Source: Methanotrichaceae archaeon (GTDB lineage: Archaea; Halobacteriota; Methanosarcinia; Methanotrichales; Methanotrichaceae). Taken from it: a stretch of DNA of 44,897 bases. The translations under genes were made by a program, and so were the position numbers. The first letter of the stretch is position 1. Every line of letters starts with the position of its first letter. Positions 10,078 to 19,370 of the stretch are shown piece after piece. Location: NCBI GenBank assembly GCA_963803145.1, contig CAWDLW010000051.1, positions 1 to 44,897 of the forward strand, given 5' to 3'. A model generated the notes under the pieces. That model searched no databases and was not told the DNA's origin. It saw only the letters and a program-made list of their open reading frames with translations.

Positions 10078-10542
10078 ATGGACGTACTTGAAATAATTAA
10101 ATCGGATCATCAGAATTTACTGGATGGCATTGCTCAGCTGGAGAAGAATGCCAAAGGCTCCAGAGAGGATAAATTCAACGCTGTAATGAAGAATAATTTG
10201 GATCATATGAAGGCCGAGGAAGATGTCTTTTATCCTGCGATTAATCAGCAGGCTCCAGAGGCTATGATGAAATCCATTGAGGCGCATAACATCGCCAGAC
10301 TCTCCATGGATGATCTCTCTCTAACACCCAAGGAAGATCCTTGGTGGGTAGCAAAGCTACAGGTCTTCAGGGATATATCTTTAAGCCATATCCGGGAAGA
10401 AGAAGGCCCTATCTTTGATATCGCCAGAAGCATCATGAGCAGCAACGAACTTCAAGAGATGGGTAAGCGATTCCAGCATGCAAAGAGGGCTAGCATACCG
10501 CGTCCACCGGCTGAAGAAGCATCTGCAGGCAGCGGTAAGTGA
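10078..10542 (+). CDS. Hemerythrin/HHE domain protein
   Basis: DH, HMKAEEDVFYP, EAH and HIREEEGPIF motifs; GGAGG RBS. Confidence 0.9.
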   Translation: MDVLEIIKSDHQNLLDGIAQLEKNAKGSREDKFNAVMKNNLDHMKAEEDVFYPAINQQAPEAMMKSIEAHNIARLSMDDLSLTPKEDPWWVAKLQVFRDISLSHIREEEGPIFDIARSIMSSNELQEMGKRFQHAKRASIPRPPAEEASAGSGK

Positions 10543-11196
10543 AGTAGTTTTAGCATCCAAAATGTAGGTGATAAGATCCCCAGCAAACTCCCCGGGGACC
10601 ATTATCCCTTCCAGTAGTTTAGATTGCATTAATCGGTTTTATATGTTGAACATATAAAACAAGGCCACCATTTGCCCGAATACATTCCCCTGGATCTTCG
10701 TAATTTTTCCTTTAAGCTCAACGGGCTCTTCCTTTGACTGGACAGCCTGTACAAGCGGGACTGCCAGAACTACCAGAATCAAAGCTTCAGCCAACCTATT
10801 CCAACCCATTCTTATCACCTTGTTCAACTATTGGCCACACCATAACGGGATGTGCAGTCAGCCCACGGAAAGCCCTGGAGCGAGTCAAGTTCTCGCAATT
10901 AGCAGGACTATCTCTTGTGAATCTTTAGTATTTCACAGCAATCACGTAATTTGTTGATATATGATAATTTGGATTTAGGCAATTACTGTTGGAAAATGAG
11001 GAAAGAATTCGCTGCAATTTGTCGATGTATATTCCTTATAGCTTGTTTATTGAGTCTTAATAATCCATTTTTAGCACTTGGATTCGCGGGACAAATGGCG
11101 GTGGAAATCAGCCGCACTGGTGAAAATCGGGATGTATAGATTCTTCAAATTTGTTTTCCGGATGCTCAACGGCTCTTTGATTTTTATGTAAAAGAT

Positions 11197-11502
11197 CTAT
11201 TTACATTTCATAAGCATCTTTTCAATTTCTATCCTCATCTGCTCTAACAAATTCTTTTCCATGTTAGCCTTCTCACAGTGCGATGCAACCTTGGGGTTAC
11301 AGTTAACAAGAACATCCATTGCCCTATTTGCCATCGACTGGCAGCCCAAGTCCTCCATATCAGACAAGAATAAAGACATGCGATTAGCAAATTCCCTGCA
11401 TTTCTCGTAGTTGGCTATAGCTTCATCGTGCAGCTTACAAAGCTGCTCAATCTCTCTGTTAATCTCCACCCAGTTTTGTCTATCCATAACTTTAGGGTCC
11501 AT
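11197..11502 (-). CDS. Hypothetical helical protein with several Cys
   Basis: 101-aa ORF with protein-like composition, divergent from tRNA-Cys/cysS. Confidence 0.65.
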   Translation of the reverse strand: MDPKVMDRQNWVEINREIEQLCKLHDEAIANYEKCREFANRMSLFLSDMEDLGCQSMANRAMDVLVNCNPKVASHCEKANMEKNLLEQMRIEIEKMLMKCK

Positions 11503-11669
11503 GGCCTACAAAGTCCGTGATTTTATGAAGCGGCGTATATACGCAGAATGCGTATAAGGTTTCTCTTAGTTATGGTAATTATTCATTATTGATTAACTAC
11601 AAAATGCCGACAACTATTGCCGCTATCCTCAGGTATTTGTGTACCTTCACGTATGGTTAATAGATGGAT

Positions 11670-11740
11670 GCCGGGGTGACTGACCGGTTAAGTGCGCGGC
11701 TGCAGACCGCGAGAATTGGGTTCGACTCCCAATCCCGGCC
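11670..11740 (+). tRNA. tRNA-Cys(GCA), atypical (C73 discriminator)
   Basis: Hand-folded cloverleaf: acceptor GCCGGGG/TCCCGGC, anticodon stem CGCGG/CCGCG with CT-GCA-GA loop, T stem TTGGG/CCCAA with TTCGACT loop; no encoded CCA. Confidence 0.9.
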
Positions 11741-11742
11741 TT

Positions 11743-13188
11743 ATGAGGATTCATAATACTCTGAGTGGCGATAAAGAGCCACTACAGACAATTCACAAAG
11801 GTCGTATCAATCTATTTGTTTGCGGTCCGACCGTTTATGACGATTCCCATATCGGCCATGCCAGGACCTACATCGCCTTTGATGTAGTTGCTCGCTATTT
11901 CAAGTACAAAGGCTTCAGCGTTTTCTACCTGCAAAACATAACCGATGTGGATGATAAGATCATCAATAGAGCCGCTGAGCTGCACGTTTCACCCTTAACG
12001 CTGGCACGCAAATTCGAGCGAAGATACCTGGAGGATATACGTGCCCTTGGAGTAACTAACGTCAACCTTTATGCCAGGGCAACTGAGCATATCCCTGAGA
12101 TCATCAGCCAGATAGAAAGGCTGGTGGAAAAAGGATTTGCATATGAGACGAAGACTGGCGTTTACTTTGACGAGTCCAAATTCGACGATTTCGGGAAGTT
12201 GTCGCATCAAACCACAGAGGACCTGGAGAAACACAGGATAGAGCCGGACCTGAGCAAGAGGAACCCTGGAGACTTCTCCCTCTGGAAGAAACGGCAAGAT
12301 GGAGAAGAAGTTATCTGGGACTCGCCCTGGAGCGAAGGCCGCCCCGGGTGGCACATAGAGGACACGGCCATTACCGAGACCTACTTTGGCCCTCAGTACG
12401 ATATCCACGGTGGAGCAATGGACCTGATATTCCCCCATCATGAGGCTGAGATTGCACAAATGGAGGCGGCCTCTGGAAAAAAACCGTTGGTTAGATACTG
12501 GATGCATACCGGCTTTCTAAACGTAAAGGGCGAAAAGATGTCCAAATCGCTGGGAAACTTCATCACAATCAGAGAGATGCTTCAACGGTACGATGCCGAA
12601 TCATTCAGGTTTTTCGTTCTTTCTGCACATTACCGAAGTTCTATTGATTTCTCCGAAGCAGCTCTCGAGCAGTCAAGCAAAAGCTTGGCGAGGATTCGTC
12701 AGCTTGCTAGGATCATAGACGAGCAAATCGGGATGAATAAAGAGATTAATGAAGAGAGTATCCCACAATCATCGGAAACTGAAGAGATCGATGCTAGTGT
12801 GGTTGAGGCAAAAACAAAATTTTTGGAGCATATGGATAACGATTTCAATACACCTTATGCTCTTCGTGTTATCTTCGAGCTTGTAAGAGATGTGAATCGG
12901 CGCATAAGCGAGAAGACGATTTCTAGAAAGGCGCTTTTCGATGTTAAGGCTTTTCTGGAAGAGGCTGGAGAAATCCTCGGCTTACGCTTCTCTGGGGCAG
13001 AGAATGAGGCTATGGGAGCTGCAGAGGATTTGACTGTAAACCTGATTGAGCTCTTGATCGATATACGGCAGAAGCTCCGTGAGAAAAAGGACTGGCAGCT
13101 TGCGGATGAGATACGAGCTAGGATGAATGAAGTGAACATCGTCCTAGAGGATACTAAGACCGGAGGTGGAGGATACACGATTAAATGA
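11743..13188 (+). CDS. cysS: Cysteinyl-tRNA synthetase
   Basis: CGPTVYD, HIGH, GRPGWHIE, FPHHEAE, KMSKS and anticodon-binding C-terminus; true start ATG 11743 (the ORF-track extension runs through the tRNA). Confidence 0.97.
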   Translation: MRIHNTLSGDKEPLQTIHKGRINLFVCGPTVYDDSHIGHARTYIAFDVVARYFKYKGFSVFYLQNITDVDDKIINRAAELHVSPLTLARKFERRYLEDIRALGVTNVNLYARATEHIPEIISQIERLVEKGFAYETKTGVYFDESKFDDFGKLSHQTTEDLEKHRIEPDLSKRNPGDFSLWKKRQDGEEVIWDSPWSEGRPGWHIEDTAITETYFGPQYDIHGGAMDLIFPHHEAEIAQMEAASGKKPLVRYWMHTGFLNVKGEKMSKSLGNFITIREMLQRYDAESFRFFVLSAHYRSSIDFSEAALEQSSKSLARIRQLARIIDEQIGMNKEINEESIPQSSETEEIDASVVEAKTKFLEHMDNDFNTPYALRVIFELVRDVNRRISEKTISRKALFDVKAFLEEAGEILGLRFSGAENEAMGAAEDLTVNLIELLIDIRQKLREKKDWQLADEIRARMNEVNIVLEDTKTGGGGYTIK

Positions 13189-13371
13189 TCATCTAGAGAT
13201 CTGCTAGTTATCTTACTCTATTTTTCAAGTTTTGATGCTATCCGCCTAAATTCGATGATATCCTGGTCATTAGTAAAGAAAATGTATGTAGCTGCCCTTA
13301 AAAATGGGCAGCTATCCAGTGCTGTACCATCAAAGAAAGATGGCGTAGCCTGCTATAGGACCCCAATCGTT

Positions 13372-14412
13372 CTACTCGTCATTTTTGGCGTAGAAGTCAA
13401 GAAGTCCCTTGTAATTCTCGTTGTTCGGATTCTCCTTGATAAGGTCATCCAGAGCCTGCTTGTAGACGGAAGTATCGATATGCTTGTCAATGTCCTCGGA
13501 GGAATGAATGTAACCGATAGTGTTCACCATCTTCCACCACTGCTCGATTGCCTTCTTGTTGGGGTCAGGGGAGTAGTCGAAGTGCTCAGAGTATATCGAA
13601 TCGAGGATTACTTTAACGTCAAAATCCACATATTTCTTGACATCAGCTACAGTCTCCTGCGGATGGGTTTTGATAAAATCATACGCCTTGATCAAAGCCT
13701 TCTCGAACTTGACGTATGTGTCCCTATCCTGGGCCAGCGTGCTGCTTGTCACGACGAAGCGGCAGCATGGGTGGTTTGGATAGAATGTATCGCCATACTG
13801 GACGATCTTTAATCCTTGGGTCTCAGCGACCTGCTGATATGGAAGCCATACGATCCCTACATCAGCCTTGCCAGTCTTAACTGCATCAAGCACGACAGAA
13901 GGCGACTTGAGCTCCTGGATGGTCACATCTTTCGACCAGTTGATCCCAGCCTCATAGAGTGCATTTCTGAAGACTACGTCGCCTGTAGACATTCTTACTG
14001 TTGCTATGGTTTTGCCCTTGAAATTCTTTATATCGGAAAATTCCGCAGCGCGGCTCGACAGGGCAATAACTGCCGCCCCCTCTCCCATGAGCCCACCGAT
14101 GTACTTTAGATCAGTCCCCTTGGCGATGTACACAGCCGGCGCTGTCGATCCCATGGCTATGATATCGAGCTTACCCGCAGTTAGCGCATTATATCCGTCT
14201 GCGCTATTGGGGAACTGAGATAGCTGCACGTCAAGACCCTGTTCAGTGAAGAATCCCTGTTCCTTGGCAACGAAGGTGAGAGCATGTCCAGATGTGGGCA
14301 GATATCCAAGCCGAATTACCTTCGCTGCCGAGGAATCGGCCATGGCGGAAGTGGTCAAAAGCCCTATCAGCAGTATTGCTATTGTCATTAGATTATAGAA
14401 TCTTTTTAACAT
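13372..14412 (-). CDS. SsuA/NrtA/TauA-type ABC transporter substrate-binding protein
   Basis: Signal peptide, IRLGYLP, AKEQGFF, KGKTIA and HPCC motifs. Confidence 0.9.
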   Translation of the reverse strand: MLKRFYNLMTIAILLIGLLTTSAMADSSAAKVIRLGYLPTSGHALTFVAKEQGFFTEQGLDVQLSQFPNSADGYNALTAGKLDIIAMGSTAPAVYIAKGTDLKYIGGLMGEGAAVIALSSRAAEFSDIKNFKGKTIATVRMSTGDVVFRNALYEAGINWSKDVTIQELKSPSVVLDAVKTGKADVGIVWLPYQQVAETQGLKIVQYGDTFYPNHPCCRFVVTSSTLAQDRDTYVKFEKALIKAYDFIKTHPQETVADVKKYVDFDVKVILDSIYSEHFDYSPDPNKKAIEQWWKMVNTIGYIHSSEDIDKHIDTSVYKQALDDLIKENPNNENYKGLLDFYAKNDE

Positions 14413-14604
14413 ATTCTTCCTCTTTCGTCAAGCGTTTTCTTGTATTAAACAAAAGTATAACGAAGTTAGCAAAATTTGCCTCAATGCATAGAAAAGAAAT
14501 TTGATATTTTGCGTTCAATTGAGAAAAATACCTTCAGAATATCAACCTGTAGGCAATTTGCCCGATCAGACAAATTTTTATGAAGGCTTCATGAACACTC
14601 TCTT

Positions 14605-16143
14605 ATGGGAATCGGCATTGCCCTAGACCTGGGAAGCAGCGGCTTTCGCGCTCATGCCGTCGATCTTTCTGAAGGCGACATCCTAATGGGAGCCAGCACA
14701 TTATGCCACCCACTACCAGGCGGCAATGTCGTCGACCATATACTATTTTCGCTGACTTACGGGCATGGCCTCGCCCATGATATCGTGATGGGGACCATTA
14801 ACAAGCTTATCGAATCAATAACGATGCCAAAGGAGGTCGAGCTGATTGCAGTCTGCGGAAATCCAATTCAGCTCTCCATATTCACCAATGGAGAGCTAAG
14901 AGATCTAGCTTTCAGCCCTGATGCGATGATGCGAAAGGGTATCTGCGTCCCTACGAGAGATGGACAGATCCTTGATGCCAAGTCGCTGGGCCTCAATGCC
15001 CGCTGCGACGTACTTGTTCCCCCATCCATCAAAGCAGAGGTTGGCGCTGATGCCATCGCCATGATTATCAAGTCAGGCATGATACAGAAGAAACTGGCCA
15101 TCGCTATCGATTTTGGCACTAATGCAGAGATGGCTCTAAAGTCTGAGGGCTGCATATTCGTGGGTTCAGCCGCGGCTGGACCTGCCATCGAAGGCCAGCA
15201 CATCAGCCACGGGATGCTGGCAGCTCCCGGAGCCATCTGCGACATGGAATATGATTGGGGCTGGAAATGTAAGGTGCTTGATGAACAGATGTTGCCCAAA
15301 GATGGCGATACAGTGGACTTCACAGAGAGAAAAATGATTACGAAGCGCAACATTCATGCCGTAGGGATCACGGGCACTGGTATCATAGCGCTTATCTCCA
15401 TAGGTCTTGGTGCTGGATATATCGACCCGCCCCACATAGCCATCAATTCCGGGAAGCTGTCGCTGCAGGATGGCATTGAGTTCGGAGAGGAGGATCTCCT
15501 GGAAGCTGGCAAGGCCTTTGGAGCTATGAGCGCAGGCGAAAAGACCCTGGCATCAAGCGCAGGCATTTCTTTGGAAGAGATCGATGACTGTTTCATGGCA
15601 GGAGCTGCCGGGAGCTATGCAGATCCTTACAAAGCAAGGGATGTGGGGCTAATACCCTCCAATACGAGGATTGTGCATCAGCTTGGGAATACGTCTCTCG
15701 AAATGGCCGCGGACCTTGTATCCGGCAAGGAGACACTGGAGGGAATGCATAAGATTGCGGACTGGACGAAGCATATCTCCTTCTCCACGAGCGAGACGTT
15801 CAAGCAAAATTATCTCTCGGAGTATGCCTACTGGTGTGAAGGAGCACGTTATCCGAAAAAGAAGGCTGGTCCAACCGCTGATAGGTCAGCTATGGAAATT
15901 GTCAGGGCTGTGAAAAATGTAGCAAGAATCCCTACGAAATATTTCCGCCTCATCTACTGTATCCCTTTCTTAAAATCCCACGAGCAGTGCATTCAGATCT
16001 GTCCGAGAAAAGCTCTTCTGCCGCGAGATGGCTGCTTTGAGTTGAATCTGCAGCGATGTCAGGGTGCGTCATGCCTCAGGTGCGAGCACGCCTGCTCTGG
16101 GTTCAAGCTTGGGGTTAATCGAGTTGAGATCCTAGAAGTTTGA
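14605..16143 (+). CDS. RamA-like ATP-dependent corrinoid protein reductive activase (ASKHA fold plus C-terminal Fe-S domain)
   Basis: GIALDLGSSGFR, HPLPGGNVVDH, DFGTNAEMAL, SAAAGPAIEGQ, GITGTG and C-terminal Cys clusters. Confidence 0.88.
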   Translation: MGIGIALDLGSSGFRAHAVDLSEGDILMGASTLCHPLPGGNVVDHILFSLTYGHGLAHDIVMGTINKLIESITMPKEVELIAVCGNPIQLSIFTNGELRDLAFSPDAMMRKGICVPTRDGQILDAKSLGLNARCDVLVPPSIKAEVGADAIAMIIKSGMIQKKLAIAIDFGTNAEMALKSEGCIFVGSAAAGPAIEGQHISHGMLAAPGAICDMEYDWGWKCKVLDEQMLPKDGDTVDFTERKMITKRNIHAVGITGTGIIALISIGLGAGYIDPPHIAINSGKLSLQDGIEFGEEDLLEAGKAFGAMSAGEKTLASSAGISLEEIDDCFMAGAAGSYADPYKARDVGLIPSNTRIVHQLGNTSLEMAADLVSGKETLEGMHKIADWTKHISFSTSETFKQNYLSEYAYWCEGARYPKKKAGPTADRSAMEIVRAVKNVARIPTKYFRLIYCIPFLKSHEQCIQICPRKALLPRDGCFELNLQRCQGASCLRCEHACSGFKLGVNRVEILEV

Positions 16144-16263
16144 GATTAAATTTTGGGTGAATAGATGAGCAAATATCAAGAGAATGTAGTTCCTTTCGAT
16201 GGTACAACCTGATGGTAAAAAGCTATAAGTTATCGGAAAGAGAATTAATGATGGTGAATTAGG

Positions 16264-16587
16264 ATGAAAGATGAAGTATTTTTCGGAGAGGGAATGGCCA
16301 AGGTAAAAGAACAATATCCCGACCTATACAACGCGATCGTGGGATTAAACGAGGCCGCATACACAGGCAAAGCCATTGACTACAGGACACAGAAGCTGAT
16401 CGCACTTGGCATTAATGCCGCAGCCTCCGATGACCGAGCCACAAAAAAACAAATGATGAGCGCCATGAAGGAGTTCGGCATAACTAAAGACGAGATAGTC
16501 GATGTCCTGCGAGTGGTTCTCCTGACATCTGGAATGCCCCCTTTCACCAAGGCCATGAAGATACTGTATGAATTGGTCGAGAAATGA
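16264..16587 (+). CDS. Carboxymuconolactone decarboxylase (CMD/AhpD-like) family protein
   Basis: AIDYRTQKLIALGI...GITKDEIVDVL...SGMP pattern; lacks Cys. Confidence 0.8.
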   Translation: MKDEVFFGEGMAKVKEQYPDLYNAIVGLNEAAYTGKAIDYRTQKLIALGINAAASDDRATKKQMMSAMKEFGITKDEIVDVLRVVLLTSGMPPFTKAMKILYELVEK

Positions 16588-16673
16588 CCGATAGGGTTCA
16601 CCTTGATTTTTTGGCGGCCTTCCTGTTCCCGTTTGGATTTTCTCTTCGATTCCATACTTCATCCATTCTCTTC

Positions 16674-17604
16674 TCATGGAAACACTGCCGATAAGCTGCC
16701 GATGTATTGCCGATATTTTGCCGATAAACTATAGGATCTAGCCCAGCGTGAAGGATTTGAGACCTCCAGCCATCCGTCTTTAACCCAAGCTCCAAGAAGG
16801 TTCCTGGCCATGCGCTCTGATAGGCCCAGCTCTTCAGCCACTTCTGGAGCAGTGATGGTCTCTTTTTTAGCAAAGAGGCCCAAGACTACCCTTGCTCTGT
16901 GATCCAGGCGGCGCAAATCCTCAGGCTCAGCGGGCGTTCCATTCTCTGCACACTTCTGGGCCCTCTGCCTGACGGCTTCGAAGACCTCTGCCAAAGTGGA
17001 TATGAAGTATTACATCTGCTAGCGATAAGTGTTTTTCAAAGATTAAGTAAAGATCCTGTCCGTCGATTCCAATTATAGACGTTGGCTGAAGTCTTTGAAA
17101 GGCATATACACTATCGGGCGAGAAGTTGCCACATGTAATGAAAATACCACGGCCAATTCTTGAATGTCCTGAAGCTCGACCATGCAAGGCTAGCAGATCC
17201 TTCTCAATAATTGGGTTCGTTTGCCACCTTGCTTCAATCAGATAAAACTGATGCTCGAATTCAATACTTCCGTCTATTTGTTCTCCGGTATTTCTGAAAG
17301 ATGGTCTCGGGTTGAACCCATAGATTTCAAATAGATCATAGAGCAATTTTTGGCGTATATGCTCTCTGCCCTTTCTTTCAAGCTCCTGCTCTTCATGGCG
17401 AAATCTGAAATCTGCATACTTGAGAAATATCAGCCCTAGGACCGGCAAAGAATACTCAGAAGCTTTCAGCTTGGAGTTGACCCTAAGTTCGTCAGCCGCA
17501 CCCCAAAGGCGCTTTTCGATATCGTTGTGGTTTCCGGGCACTATTGTTTCATCTCTTGGAGTATCTTGCCTCGAATTTTGGCCTGGTTCTTCAAACCAGA
17601 ACAT
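16674..17604 (-). pseudogene. Mosaic remnant: HsdM N-terminus, Mrr-like restriction endonuclease domain and an HTH fragment resembling a Fic-protein C-terminus
   Basis: [20 protein letters not shown] (type I M subunit start), GEQIDG..YLIEARW (PD-(D/E)xK-like); overlapping frame carries ITAPEVAEELGLSERMAR HTH. Confidence 0.7.
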
Positions 17605-17712
17605 ATCCGGAAATCGTTCCCTCCAGCGAGCATTATCGATTCAATACGATAAAAGGCTTACCGACGCCAGATAAAAAGGCAGACAGACCCACTCATCAGC
17701 CTTAAGAATTAT

Positions 17713-17780
17713 CGTTTTCTGAAACCTTCCCCCGTAGAGGGGCTAGGGGTAGCCCGCGCGGCGACTGAGCGCGCTAATAA
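17713..17780 (-). repeat. ~65-bp structured intergenic repeat, copy 2
   Basis: Reverse complement reads TAGCGCGCTCAGTCGCCGCGCGGGCTACCCCTAGCCCCTCTACGGGGGAAGGTTTCAGAAAACG. Confidence 0.82.
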
Positions 17781-17970
17781 AACCGTTAGTTTTAGCCCCG
17801 AAAGATGCATTGAGCTAATTGTCATTTCATTCTTCATGTGTGATTCAACATCTATCCGAAATCATTGTGTTTTATAGTCTGATCGAACTTGACTTTGCTA
17901 CATTAGGCGCAAAACCTTTGAAATTAAGGTCGACTTAACTAGAAATGGCATTAGCATGCATGCCGATGCC

Positions 17971-18558
17971 TTATTGCAACGTATCCAGTGCCTTAGCTAA
18001 AGCCGCCAGATCGCCTTCAAGTTTCTCTTTGAGTATAACCATCGATGATGCCTCACAAAGAGTCTTTCTCAAGCCCGTGGAAATGGCCTTGAAACCGAAT
18101 ATATTTATGGCCATTTCAGGTGTAAGCACAACCTCATCTGTATTTTCCCATCCCAGGTGCAGACATTCGGAAAATTCGCCATAGCGATGCGTTCTCACTA
18201 AGAGGCCGTTCTCGTAGAGAATCAGCCTGTACTCGCTGAAAAAGCCCAGACCCTCATCGAGTTGTATTCTCTCTCCCCTGGTCAGGATGACAATCTCACG
18301 GCGGTAACATTGCTCATAATCTTCACTCAGCAGAGGCACCAGAGAGGTGGCCTTCTCCAGAATCGCTTTTAGAACGGTCGCTTCTCTCTCCAGGGTTTCC
18401 TTTTTTAGATCGGTGATCTTGGGGGCTAGAGGATATAGCTCATCCAGTGCTGTGCTCAATTCTGATAGCATGCCTGCGGTTACTGAATCGGCTGCCATTG
18501 TGTTAATTGAATCGGTCGCTATCAGCGAGGCGTTTTCGGACTGGTTCAGGGCGGCCAT
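17971..18558 (-). CDS. Hypothetical protein
   Basis: 195-aa ORF, GAGG RBS, coupled directly to the upstream ORF stop. Confidence 0.75.
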   Translation of the reverse strand: MAALNQSENASLIATDSINTMAADSVTAGMLSELSTALDELYPLAPKITDLKKETLEREATVLKAILEKATSLVPLLSEDYEQCYRREIVILTRGERIQLDEGLGFFSEYRLILYENGLLVRTHRYGEFSECLHLGWENTDEVVLTPEMAINIFGFKAISTGLRKTLCEASSMVILKEKLEGDLAALAKALDTLQ

Positions 18559-18774
18559 TTAGACAGCCTCTGCTTCTGTGATCTCCTGACCGGAGCCTCG
18601 GATAGAGCCTTTGCAGCCATCGCCGCTCATTTTGACGACTTCGAAGAGATATTCCAAGCTAAAGACGTGCATGGCCTCGGAGAAATCACCAATATCCAAG
18701 CTCATGTTATTCAACTTCTCAGCTTCTTCTTGGATTATCAGGATTTTTCCATTGATTCGCACGAAGCCAGACAT
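18559..18774 (-). CDS. Hypothetical protein
   Basis: 71-aa ORF whose stop abuts the next ATG; TATA box upstream. Confidence 0.55.
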   Translation of the reverse strand: MSGFVRINGKILIIQEEAEKLNNMSLDIGDFSEAMHVFSLEYLFEVVKMSGDGCKGSIRGSGQEITEAEAV

Positions 18775-18821
18775 CTCAAATCGCCCTTATGTCATACCTT
18801 AGCATTCATGGTATAAATATG

Positions 18822-18886
18822 TTACCAACTTTTCTATCTTTGGTAGGTTTGGTAAGCTAAATTAGCATAATTACCAGTAAAGGTAA
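18822..18886. promoter_or_regulatory. Repeated TTACCA/TGGTAA-type operator half-sites in a divergent promoter
   Basis: TTACCAA 18822, TTGGTAG 18840, TTGGTAA 18849, TTACCAG 18871, AAGGTAA 18880. Confidence 0.55.
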
Positions 18887-18890
18887 TATA

Positions 18891-19103
18891 ATGACGGCTG
18901 GAAACATGATCGATATGAAGCTCGGAGAAGTCTTGCCTAATTGCGCAGACCGCGAAGTAGAGAAAATCGAATACAAACAACTCGATAAATATGGGAGGTT
19001 ATATATAGCACCTGAGCTGGCGAAAAGGAATTTTGTGGTCATACTACTTCCACCTATCGCGGGAGATAAGGAAAACTTCGTTAAGGTTGGTAGAGACTCC
19101 TAA
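18891..19103 (+). CDS. Small AbrB/MraZ-like (swapped-hairpin) DNA-binding protein
   Basis: KQLDKYGRLYIAPEL..NFVVILL fits the DxxGRxxI pattern. Confidence 0.6.
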   Translation: MTAGNMIDMKLGEVLPNCADREVEKIEYKQLDKYGRLYIAPELAKRNFVVILLPPIAGDKENFVKVGRDS

Positions 19104-19154
19104 TTAACCAAAACTTTTTCATTCGATTCTATGCTTTGGTGCTAACATTAATGG

Positions 19155-19224
19155 TTATTCTAGCGCGCTCAATCGCCGCGCGGGCTACCCCTAACCCCTC
19201 GCTGGGGGAAGGTTTTGGAAAGCG
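19155..19224 (+). repeat. ~65-bp structured intergenic repeat, copy 3
   Basis: TAGCGCGCTCAATCGCCGCGCGGGCTACCCCTAACCCCTCGCTGGGGGAAGGTTTTGGAAAGCG. Confidence 0.82.
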
Positions 19225-19370
19225 GCAGACTATAAGGTCGATTAGGATAATTCAAGATCGTACACTCGGGAACTGTTCAGACTTCGCATTTAGGCTTAAT
19301 TGCTATAATTTGATGGAACAAGCAGCGAAAGAAGAGCGATACAGAAAATGGATTCACTTAAAATAACCCC

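Noticed and set aside
10560-10827. 62-aa signal-peptide ORF and a possible continuation in another frame
   Set aside because: May be a decayed secreted-protein gene but no family is recognisable
11645-11661. CTTCACGTATGGTTAAT upstream of tRNA-Cys as a fifth operator
   Set aside because: Half-sites fit but the spacer is 1 nt longer and no clear TATA box is at the expected distance; left as uncertain
11692-11742. N-terminal extension MRGCRPRELGSTPNPGL of CysRS
   Set aside because: It is the tRNA sequence read in frame; homology starts at ATG 11743
19136-19366. 76-aa ORF
   Set aside because: Runs through the structured repeat; no RBS or motif
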